A stretch of DNA of 64,000 bases from Bacteroidaceae bacterium (GTDB taxonomy: Bacteria; Bacteroidota; Bacteroidia; Bacteroidales; Bacteroidaceae). This document shows positions 51,469 to 59,533 of the stretch, piece by piece. The stretch covers positions 13,281-77,280 of the forward strand of contig JAFUFK010000003.1 in the NCBI GenBank assembly GCA_017469925.1, read 5' to 3'. A program made the position numbers and the translations under genes. The first letter of the stretch is position 1, and every line of letters starts with the position of its first letter. The notes under the pieces are model-generated. The model saw nothing but the letters and a program-made list of their open reading frames with translations. It did not search any database and was not told the DNA's origin.

Positions 51469-54400
51469 TTAGTTCTTTCCTAATATGATGTTGACGAGAG
51501 CCGTCACGTCGGCTATGGTGATGCTCTGGTCGCCATTGACGTCGGCCGCCTCGTGGTCGTACTGGCCGGTGGTGTCCTTGCCCAGGATAATGTTGACGAG
51601 AGCCGTCACGTCGGCTATGGTAATCGAGCCGTCGCGGTTGACGTCGCCGGGGAGGGTGGTCACGATGTCCACGACGCTCCAGCGGGAGGCTTCGCCCTGA
51701 TTATCCCAACGTACCACGGGAGGCGCGGCAGAGTCATAGCCTGCCTCGTGGAAATAGGTGTAGCCACGGGCCGTACTGATATTCACCATGCCAGGCGTAC
51801 AGATGTCGAAAAGGAATTCGGCACCCTCGTCGGCAGAGACGGAATAGGCGGTATTGAGTGTGGTACTGGAGAAGTCGGTGAAGGCCTGCACGTTGCCCTC
51901 TGTCATCGAGATGGTGTAGGTGGCCTCCTTGCCCTCCACGCGGGTCAGCGTCAGTACGGTCGTAGGATCATCCTCCACGTCGGATGCGGGTACGGTGACG
52001 AGGCCGGTCGTATTATATACCGAAGAAGTGCCATAGCCGATGTAACTCTCGCCGATACGGCTGCCCGAACTCTTGATGCGGTACTGGCCTGTCTCGGGCC
52101 AAATGACGTTAGCTCCGACGATGGAACGCATCTCCTCGTAGGCGTATGGACTGCACGCAGTGGCCAGGGCCTGGCAGGCGTCGTAGTGCTCGTCGCAAAC
52201 GGACTTCTTCAGACCGAAGTACTGGTCCACATTGGTCGTGAACCAAGGAAGCAGATAGGCCTCGACGGTCGGGGTGCGGTCCATGGCCGCCGAGGGGTCG
52301 AAGTCGCCCAGTTCAATGATAGCATTCCGATTGCCCTCGTCGAGGGTGGAATAGGAGTCTATCAAAATCGTGCCTACAGTATTCACGTTGATGTTATGGG
52401 TTTCGTCGAACCGGAAGAACCAGGGATAGGCTTCATCGCCAGAGGCCGAAATCTCGATGTGCCGAGGCTCGTCGCTCAGGGTGTTGTCGGGGGTCAGGAA
52501 TTTGCCCGTGTGGATGCTATAGAGGTAGTAGCGATCCTCCGACTTCAGGATGGCAAAGTGCTCGCTCTCCATTTCCGTATCCACGACACCCTTGGTGGTC
52601 AGGCTCTCGCTCGTCGCGCTCCAAGTGCCACGGGAGTTGGTAATAATGTATATCTTCTCGTTGCTCAGGTCGGCCAAGTCGGTGACATAGGTGTAATCCG
52701 TCGGGACGGGAGCTCCAAGTACGGTCAGGGCCTCCGTGGGGTCGAAGTCGCCGACGGGGGCTATCGTGTATTGGTTGCCTGCGTCCAGAGTTGACCAGCC
52801 GTTGATGACCAGACCAGGCGCATAGCCCGAACTCGTATTGATGACGTTGCTGCCATACTGGAGTTGGAACAGGCCACTGCCCAGGTCCTTCAGGGTAATG
52901 GGGGTAGGCTCGATGTTCGTGACATCGCCCGTAGCATTGACGAACTTACCCGCCTCGATGCTCCAGAGGTAGAACTGCGACTCATAGGATATGAGGGCAA
53001 AGTCAGAGGCCGTGAAACTGCTTATTGAGGTAGATACCAACTGATTGTCGGAGACACCCAGTGTTCCGCGGTCGCAGAAGATGGTGTAGGCACGGGCGTT
53101 GCTGATTTCGTCCGTCGAGGTGATGGGCAGCCACGACAATGCCTCCGAGGGATCGAACGTGCCAGCAGGCATAATGGCCAACTGGTTGCCCGAGTCGGTG
53201 ATATAGTTCCAGTTGGTCACGACTCCAGGGTTACCCGCCGTAGAGACATTTATCTGGTCCCCCGTCCCCACGAACTTGATGGCCGTAGGATAATCCTCGA
53301 CGTCCGTTGACAACAGCGTGATTTCGTGACGAACACCAGGCGTGACGAGCGTGGTCGTGGGACCGCTGTCGCCAACAAACTTCCCCTCGCCTACGTTGTA
53401 GAGATAGTTCTTGCCGTTCTTCTCGACAAGGGCAAATTGCTGCTGCGGGTCCGACTCGTCCGGTGTCAGACCAGCAAGAGCCGTGGGACGCAGTTGGGTG
53501 GAACCCTCGGGGACACACAGCCAACCACGGGCAGCTGTCCGGATGGTATAGTACTTGTAGTTGCTGACTTCCGTAAAATCTGTAATCGGAGTATCGGCGT
53601 CGGCATCATAGCACTCGCCCATGGCGTAGTCCTTGCCGTCGCCCTGCGCAGCCTTGAGGGTATAGGTACCATTCTTCAGCCCTGCCGCAATGGTGCTCGA
53701 GACGGTGAAGGAGTTGGTGTTGGCGATATAGACGAGATTGCCGTCGGCGTCGTAAATCTTGAAGCCGACAGCACCCTTGCCGCCCGTCATCGTCACCTTA
53801 GTCCCACTCAGGGTATAGTCGTATGGCGAGACTACCTTATTGGCATACGTCTCATAATAGCCCACTTCGCCGAAGGTGCTCGTAGCCGCGCCGTTGTAGG
53901 TGGCCAGCGTACTACCCACGCCGCGGTCCTCGATGAACATGATGTTGCCGCCCTTCTTGGTATATTGTTGCATGGCCGAACGGACGGAGTTGACCATGGC
54001 GTCGGTCACCTTGATGTAGTAAGTGCTGTAATCGGGGAAAGCGTAGATGCCCGATTCCGGGATGTCTTTATCATTGGATACCGCGGGCGACGTCTTCCAG
54101 AATCCCCACGCTTCGAAGAACTCCGAAAGGTCGGTCTGCGTAATCTCGGCGGCGTACTGGGCAATCTTCAGATAGTCCTGCGTGGCATTGGCGGGACTGC
54201 TGGAGTTGGTACTCTTCGACAGGCCGCTGCTACGCAATTTGCTATATAAGGCCGACATGAAGGAGAAGCCCGTGTTGCCTCCCGAGGGCTGATAATTGCC
54301 CAGATAGTCGAAGTAGAGCCACAACTGGAAATACATCTTGTTGGAAATCCATACATCGCTGTAATCTCCCGACTGGGTGCGCATGCCCCCATAGTCTATC

Positions 54401-56502
54401 CACGAATAGCCACCATCCTGGTTAAAGCGCGAAATCATTGCTTTCACGCCTTCTCCACGGCTGGAACGCGTGCTTTGGAACAACTCTGAATCTTTGGCCA
54501 GCAGATTGACCGCCTGCGCCAATGAGTTGTTCGAGGATTCCGTCTGCCCAGCAATGTTGATGGGCCCTTGGTGCCCATGTCCCAGTTCGTGCTCAATGAC
54601 CCAGATGGCACCACCATTAGTACCGATATTGCTGAGGTTGCTGTAATTAAAGGTATCGCCCGTCGTAATGCCGGGGTGGCTGCTGCCATGGTTGCCGTCG
54701 CTCCAGAAGGGATTGGTGCCCACCGTCCCATTGTCGAAGGGGTTGACCATCATCTTGTACTGCCCGGTACTCTTATATTGGTCGCAACCGGTCAGGCTTT
54801 GTTCCGTATCGAAGATGAAGTCCCATATCTTCATCACGCCAGTGGCATTCGACTCGCCCTTCACACTATTCAGATAGACATTCAGCATGACGGAGTTGCC
54901 CTTCACATGCAGATAAGTGCCCTTGAACATGTTCGATTTCAGCCAAGCCCAGTCGTCGTTGGTATGGCCGCGATGCATGTCGAAGCAACCGTTACAGGTA
55001 CCGCCTTCAATGTGGACCTTGATGTCGGGATAGTTGTTGCAAGATTCGTCGGTATTGTTGAGCAGATAAGTGATGAAGATTTCACAATCCGCCGTGACGT
55101 ATATTGCATTGTAGCCCTGCTGAAGCGTGGTAGTTGCGCCCGTGCGGTTGGCACCGATGACAAGTTCAGCCTCCAGTGTGGCGTTGCTGTCCTTCACGTC
55201 GCTGTCCACAAACAGATAGAGCATGTCGCCCGTCTTTGCCTGAATACCTGTAGGATTCGACAGTCGGGCGAAACGCCCAATCTTAAGCTTCGAATACCAA
55301 AGCTCGCAGTTCGAGTATATTTCGTATTCGTGGATGCGGAAGTCTTTCTCATAGGCGTTCCACGTCGCGTCGGAGTTCCACGTGTCGTTCTTCACACGAA
55401 CGGCCATTTCCTGCAAGGCCGCTGGCAGGCTCGACATGGCCGAGCGCAACTGGGCGTCGGTCATCGAAGCATACGTACTCTTCAGCGTCGTGCAGGCCTT
55501 GTCGGAAAAGAAGGTTGAGAGGGCACTGGTGTGGTCAGCCGACGTCACGGCCTTAATCTCTGCAAGTTCTGCCTCTTGGGCCGAGGTCAGCGTCACCTCC
55601 TCCAGTTGCCAATACGAAGCGTCGGCCTCATAATTCCAACCCACTACATAGTAACTCTGGCTTGCTGCGGTATGCAATCCATACCAACTGCTACTGGCAT
55701 TGCTAAACGAGAACCATGTAGTGCCATCTGTCGTTTTTGAGGATACACTGAAGTTACACTTATTGGAACCCAACGTCCATTGCCCGCTCGTTGATGAGTT
55801 GGGCTGGATATACTCCTCCGTCAATACATTCTGGAACGTATAGTAACTGCCCGACTTCGTGATTTTCCACATTTGGGCATACGACCCGGCATTCGTCGTC
55901 ACGCTGCTCAATTTATTGCCCGTAGCCTCCATGCTTAAGTCGGAGTAATAGCTATGTAAGCGATATGTCTTCCCACTGGTGATAGAGGAAACATAAGATA
56001 CCTGCTCCACCGTCACCGTGAATGACGTGATGACTATCCAAGGACTATCCGTCGAAACCGCAAAGGTTGCCGACGAAGTGCTCAGGCCTGAAACCGCAAC
56101 CGTCGTGGGGCTCGATGAATTCGTCGATATCGTTTGTGCAGAACCTCCCGACGGGGTGATGGTGGAGGCCGTCGAGGAGTTGGTATATGCCTTTATGGTG
56201 TAGCCCGTAATCTGGTAGTTCCCTTCCACGGCAATCGTATAATTGTCGGTGTGGATGCTGAACTGGCTGCTGGTCACAATCATGTTGTTATTACTACACG
56301 AAAGGGTTACCTGCGGGTCTGCAGATGTGGACATCCATTTGTTGGCATATTGGCTCGAACTGGACAAGGTCAGTTCCGTAGAACCATTCCTATAAAAGGT
56401 TCCCGTCGATGTGCCGATTGTTATTGTCTGGCTGGCAGCCATGCTCTCCGTACCGACAAGCGTCAGCAGCAGGGCAGTAAGTAGGTTAAGCAGTCTTTTC
56501 AT
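51469..56502 (-). CDS. large secreted M60-like (enhancin-type) zinc metallopeptidase with repeated putative binding modules and a C-terminal dockerin
   Basis: Signal MKRLLNLLTALLLTLVGTESMAA. HEXXH in WVIEHELGHGHQGPINIAGQTESSNNS (M60-like HExxHxxQ...E). Three ~148-aa tandem modules. The C-terminus has two 22-aa dockerin-type Ca-binding repeats. Confidence 0.7.
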   Translation of the reverse strand: MKRLLNLLTALLLTLVGTESMAASQTITIGTSTGTFYRNGSTELTLSSSSQYANKWMSTSADPQVTLSCSNNNMIVTSSQFSIHTDNYTIAVEGNYQITGYTIKAYTNSSTASTITPSGGSAQTISTNSSSPTTVAVSGLSTSSATFAVSTDSPWIVITSFTVTVEQVSYVSSITSGKTYRLHSYYSDLSMEATGNKLSSVTTNAGSYAQMWKITKSGSYYTFQNVLTEEYIQPNSSTSGQWTLGSNKCNFSVSSKTTDGTTWFSFSNASSSWYGLHTAASQSYYVVGWNYEADASYWQLEEVTLTSAQEAELAEIKAVTSADHTSALSTFFSDKACTTLKSTYASMTDAQLRSAMSSLPAALQEMAVRVKNDTWNSDATWNAYEKDFRIHEYEIYSNCELWYSKLKIGRFARLSNPTGIQAKTGDMLYLFVDSDVKDSNATLEAELVIGANRTGATTTLQQGYNAIYVTADCEIFITYLLNNTDESCNNYPDIKVHIEGGTCNGCFDMHRGHTNDDWAWLKSNMFKGTYLHVKGNSVMLNVYLNSVKGESNATGVMKIWDFIFDTEQSLTGCDQYKSTGQYKMMVNPFDNGTVGTNPFWSDGNHGSSHPGITTGDTFNYSNLSNIGTNGGAIWVIEHELGHGHQGPINIAGQTESSNNSLAQAVNLLAKDSELFQSTRSSRGEGVKAMISRFNQDGGYSWIDYGGMRTQSGDYSDVWISNKMYFQLWLYFDYLGNYQPSGGNTGFSFMSALYSKLRSSGLSKSTNSSSPANATQDYLKIAQYAAEITQTDLSEFFEAWGFWKTSPAVSNDKDIPESGIYAFPDYSTYYIKVTDAMVNSVRSAMQQYTKKGGNIMFIEDRGVGSTLATYNGAATSTFGEVGYYETYANKVVSPYDYTLSGTKVTMTGGKGAVGFKIYDADGNLVYIANTNSFTVSSTIAAGLKNGTYTLKAAQGDGKDYAMGECYDADADTPITDFTEVSNYKYYTIRTAARGWLCVPEGSTQLRPTALAGLTPDESDPQQQFALVEKNGKNYLYNVGEGKFVGDSGPTTTLVTPGVRHEITLLSTDVEDYPTAIKFVGTGDQINVSTAGNPGVVTNWNYITDSGNQLAIMPAGTFDPSEALSWLPITSTDEISNARAYTIFCDRGTLGVSDNQLVSTSISSFTASDFALISYESQFYLWSIEAGKFVNATGDVTNIEPTPITLKDLGSGLFQLQYGSNVINTSSGYAPGLVINGWSTLDAGNQYTIAPVGDFDPTEALTVLGAPVPTDYTYVTDLADLSNEKIYIITNSRGTWSATSESLTTKGVVDTEMESEHFAILKSEDRYYLYSIHTGKFLTPDNTLSDEPRHIEISASGDEAYPWFFRFDETHNINVNTVGTILIDSYSTLDEGNRNAIIELGDFDPSAAMDRTPTVEAYLLPWFTTNVDQYFGLKKSVCDEHYDACQALATACSPYAYEEMRSIVGANVIWPETGQYRIKSSGSRIGESYIGYGTSSVYNTTGLVTVPASDVEDDPTTVLTLTRVEGKEATYTISMTEGNVQAFTDFSSTTLNTAYSVSADEGAEFLFDICTPGMVNISTARGYTYFHEAGYDSAAPPVVRWDNQGEASRWSVVDIVTTLPGDVNRDGSITIADVTALVNIILGKDTTGQYDHEAADVNGDQSITIADVTALVNIILGKN
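51488..51621 (-). repeat. near-identical 32-nt DNA duplication encoding the two dockerin repeat segments
   Basis: ATGTTGACGAGAGCCGTCACGTCGGCTATGGT occurs at 51488-51519 and 51590-51621, a 102-nt period, and encodes TIADVTALVNII twice. Confidence 0.85.
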
Positions 56503-56521
56503 GATATTGGTAAGTTAGTTT

Positions 56522-57334
56522 TCAGGGTATTTTTTGCATTGCGGGCTTGATAGACTGGTTGTAGTCGCTCCCCATGGCAAGGACCTTGCCGTCGGGGCCC
56601 ACGAGGATATAGTAGGGGATGTTGCGTATGCCCAGGCGAGTGAGCAGGGGGCCGCCCCATCCGGTGTAGTCGCAGTAGGTGCGCCATCGCATGGAGTCGG
56701 GGATGGACTCGGCGAAGCGCGTGTTGCGCGGCTCCAGGTCGAGGCTATAGCTGAAGGCTCGCAAGTCGGGATGTTCGTTGAGGGCCGTGCGGGTGTTGTA
56801 GTTGACGATGTTGCTGCCATGCTTCCAGTCGGCCCAGAAGGTCATGAGCAGGTAAGTGCCTCGCTGGTGCTTGACGATGCCAGAGCGAGGCAGTCGGCTG
56901 CCGACTTTCAGGGGGCGCGGGGCCACCTGACGCCCCGAGGGCAGGACGCTGTCGGCACCCTCCACCGAGACCTGGCTCAGGCTCAGGGCGTCGCCCTTGA
57001 TACGTACGTCGCAGCCCGAGTGGGCCTGGAAGGCGAGGGTCGAAAAGTTGGGATAAAGAATGACGAAAGTGTATGGGTCGTCGCCTTCCACCTTCGTCTG
57101 GTAGTCGAAGCGCCCGCGCAGGATGTGCAGGGTGTCGATGGTCGAGAGTCCTCCGTCGGGACTGTAGAGTAGCAGGTCGGCCTGCGGCAGGTTCTCGAAC
57201 TGGCCGCGAATGCGCACCCTACCCTTCTGCGGCCCGCAGGAGGCAAGGAGGAGAATAATAAAAAGGGCGACCCCTACCCCCAGCCCTCCCCGAGGGGAGG
57301 GAGTGCATACTTTTGCACATGGTGTTCCTTGCAT
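56522..57334 (-). CDS. thioredoxin-fold lipoprotein (DUF4369-like N-domain + TlpA-like domain) lacking the CXXC motif
   Basis: Lipobox LLLASC. The position normally occupied by FWASWCGPC reads FWADWKHGS. The start ATG 57334 lies inside the loop of an inverted-repeat element. Confidence 0.6.
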   Translation of the reverse strand: MQGTPCAKVCTPSPRGGLGVGVALFIILLLASCGPQKGRVRIRGQFENLPQADLLLYSPDGGLSTIDTLHILRGRFDYQTKVEGDDPYTFVILYPNFSTLAFQAHSGCDVRIKGDALSLSQVSVEGADSVLPSGRQVAPRPLKVGSRLPRSGIVKHQRGTYLLMTFWADWKHGSNIVNYNTRTALNEHPDLRAFSYSLDLEPRNTRFAESIPDSMRWRTYCDYTGWGGPLLTRLGIRNIPYYILVGPDGKVLAMGSDYNQSIKPAMQKIP

Positions 57335-57397
57335 AAGTGTATGTTCTATGTCGGTATATACTCCCTCCCCTCGGGGAGGGTTGGGGGTGGGGGTCGC
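57267..57397. repeat. GC-rich inverted-repeat element: 37-bp arms flanking a 57-bp spacer
   Basis: The left arm is GCGACCCCTACCCCCAGCCCTCCCCGAGGGGAGGGAG (57267-57303). The right arm (57361-57397) is its reverse complement with 2 mismatches. Each arm contains its own CCCTCCCC-GAGGGGAGGG hairpin. Confidence 0.9.
57308..57315 (+). promoter_or_regulatory. -7-type promoter box (TACTTTTG) inside the inverted-repeat spacer, currently pointing away from the downstream gene
   Basis: It matches the TAnnTTTG consensus on the plus strand, but all neighbouring genes are on the minus strand. Confidence 0.35.
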
Positions 57398-57406
57398 TTC
57401 AGTCTT

Positions 57407-59098
57407 TTACTTCACGAGACTTGCGATGGCGCTGGCGTACTGAGCAAACTCAAGGTCGTTCTTGGCACGCTCCTTCAGCGACGCATCCTTCTCGATGGCC
57501 TGGCGCAGACTGCTTACGAGGCCCGAGGCATCGCTCGTGCGGGCAGCCAGTATGGCTTGCAGGTACGAGGTGGTGGCATCGGCCTTCTTCACGCCGGCCA
57601 GTGTCTGGCGGGCAGCGGCATAGTCGCGGTTGAGCAACTGGGCCAGGGCTGCCGTGTTGGTCTTGGCACCAGCCAGTGCCTGGGCAGCCTGCTGATAGTT
57701 GCCCTTGGCCAGGTTGTACGAACCCAGCACCTCGTTGTACGTGTTGGCGCCAAAGCCCTGAGCCAGCAGTGTCTCGGCGCGGTCCAGGTTACCCTCGCGC
57801 AGGGCGAGCAGAGCCTGGTTGGTATTGACCTCGGCAGCCGACGACTTGACGCTCTTGGCCTTCTCCAGGTAAGCGGCAGCCGACTGGTAGTCGCCCTCGC
57901 TGTAGGCCACCTGGGCCAGGTTGTTCAGGGCACGGTAGTCGTTGGGGAACAGGCGCTGGATGGTCTGGTTCCAGTCCTTCTGCTCGGCAGGTGTCTCTAC
58001 GAGCATGTTGGCACCATAGACCAGTTCTTCGACGCTCAGTTGCGAGGGGTCCTGCTTATACTGGTTGAGGATTTCCTCGTCGCTGCGGCCGATGATTTCG
58101 TAGTTCACGATGAGGCGTGCGCGGCGCAGTTCGGGCAGGATGCCGTCCTTGATGTCGGTATAGACGTTGCTGATGTTGCGAATCTGCTGCTCACGCTCCT
58201 CGGGGTCCTGATACATCGAGAGGACGGAGAGGATGACCTGCTTGTCCTGCAGGTTGCTGGCCTCGACGAGTTGCTGGAATCCGTCCCAGTCTTCGGCCGT
58301 GTAGCGGGTGTTGATGTCGGCGTCCATCTTTATCTTCTTCAGTTCCTTGCGCAGGTAGTCGGCGCTGACGTTCTGGCGGCGCTCGGCCAGACGCTCGTTG
58401 AGCGAATAGCTGCCGTCGGGCGAGGCGTATGCACTTACCTCGATGGCATCCAGCGCGCGGCCTTCGGCGTCGTCATTGATTTCCTTCAGCACCTTGGCCA
58501 GGTCCTTCATGCTGACGCTCTGCAGTTCGCTCGTGCGCAGGTTCGACTGGCCGATGAGGAACTTGATGTTGGCCTCCTGCTTCTGCTCGATGACGCGCTG
58601 GAACTGGTCGGGAGCCAAGGCGGCGTTCGTACCGTCGAGGCAACGGCCCAACAGGTCTTCGGTGGCCACGACGCCGTAGCCCACCTTCACGTCGGGCAAC
58701 TGCACCACCTTCTTACCCAGGCGGGCGTCGAAGGTCATGTAGAGGTCGCTCTTCAGCATCTCGGGCGTGTAGCGGAAGTTGGCCTTCATGTTGTACGTGC
58801 CGCCCAGTTTGTAGTTGACGTCCGTCCCGTTGCCTTCCACCTTCTCGCCCTGGAAGGTCACGCTCTGTGCCTGAGCCTCGCCACCCTGGTAGCGCAGTAC
58901 GGGCGTAGCGGTGATTTGGGCCTTCTTCTTCATATACTTCTCGGGGAACGTGGCCGAGATGTTGGCAGCCACCTCGCCGCCCTGCTCCACCAGGGGCGTA
59001 GGCGTAACGCGGAAGTCGTCGCTCGTGAGTTTACCCAGTTTCGAGCAGCTCGTCAGCACGAGAGCCGCTGCCAATGTCAGGAAAATGCTTTTCTTCAT
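57407..59098 (-). CDS. lipoprotein with OmpA-like segment and C-terminal TPR repeats
   Basis: Lipobox LVLTSC. The segment VSAYASPDGSYSLNERLAERRQNVSADYL resembles the OmpA C-terminal-like motif. The C-terminal ~200 aa are TPR-like (AYSEGDYQSAAAYLEKA...). Confidence 0.55.
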   Translation of the reverse strand: MKKSIFLTLAAALVLTSCSKLGKLTSDDFRVTPTPLVEQGGEVAANISATFPEKYMKKKAQITATPVLRYQGGEAQAQSVTFQGEKVEGNGTDVNYKLGGTYNMKANFRYTPEMLKSDLYMTFDARLGKKVVQLPDVKVGYGVVATEDLLGRCLDGTNAALAPDQFQRVIEQKQEANIKFLIGQSNLRTSELQSVSMKDLAKVLKEINDDAEGRALDAIEVSAYASPDGSYSLNERLAERRQNVSADYLRKELKKIKMDADINTRYTAEDWDGFQQLVEASNLQDKQVILSVLSMYQDPEEREQQIRNISNVYTDIKDGILPELRRARLIVNYEIIGRSDEEILNQYKQDPSQLSVEELVYGANMLVETPAEQKDWNQTIQRLFPNDYRALNNLAQVAYSEGDYQSAAAYLEKAKSVKSSAAEVNTNQALLALREGNLDRAETLLAQGFGANTYNEVLGSYNLAKGNYQQAAQALAGAKTNTAALAQLLNRDYAAARQTLAGVKKADATTSYLQAILAARTSDASGLVSSLRQAIEKDASLKERAKNDLEFAQYASAIASLVK

Positions 59099-59141
59099 GA
59101 TTTTTACTTCTTTATATTTTATTACAATTCATTTACGCGTG

Positions 59142-59149
59142 CAAAGGTA
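59142..59149 (-). promoter_or_regulatory. -7 promoter box (TACCTTTG on the minus strand) for the 57407-59098 gene
   Basis: Matches the TAnnTTTG consensus, 44 nt upstream of the start codon at 59098. Confidence 0.5.
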
Positions 59150-59300
59150 CGAATAAGCGAGCAAAAAGCCAAACAAGTTTGCACTTTTTCGAGCGGAAGC
59201 ACCTAAGAGTAGAGGTCAAAGGTAGTGCAAACTGAGCGAAAAAGCAAACTTTTATTTGTTTTTTCGTTTTGTCCAAATTTTTCCTACCTCTCGGGGGGTG

Positions 59301-59422
59301 GTCCGAAACCTGCCGCTGGAAGTTATGTTAACCTATCGGCCGAGATAATGTTAACTTCCGGCCATCGGTAAACTTAACCTGGGGGCGTAGGTTAACATAA
59401 CTTCCGGCGGCCCCTTCGGAGA
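59301..59422. repeat. GTTAAC-rich ~122-bp imperfect palindromic element, copy B
   Basis: Outer arms are GGAAGTTATGTTAACCT (59318-59334) and AGGTTAACATAACTTCC (59389-59405). Relative to copy A, two arm positions changed on both arms so that pairing is kept. Confidence 0.85.
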
Positions 59423-59533
59423 CGTGACGAAAAGGCCTCGTTTATCATTGATAGACAAAGGGTTACGTTTCTTGGACCGAGTGCTGCGATGTCGGAGACG
59501 GGCCCGCCATGCCGCCCCGGGCGGTTGTAAAGA

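Noticed and set aside
59160-59260. Scattered GCAAA/TTTGC direct and inverted word repeats upstream of the OmpA/TPR gene.
   Set aside because: They are short (about 10 nt), imperfect and irregularly spaced. This is consistent with an A/T-rich promoter region rather than a defined element.
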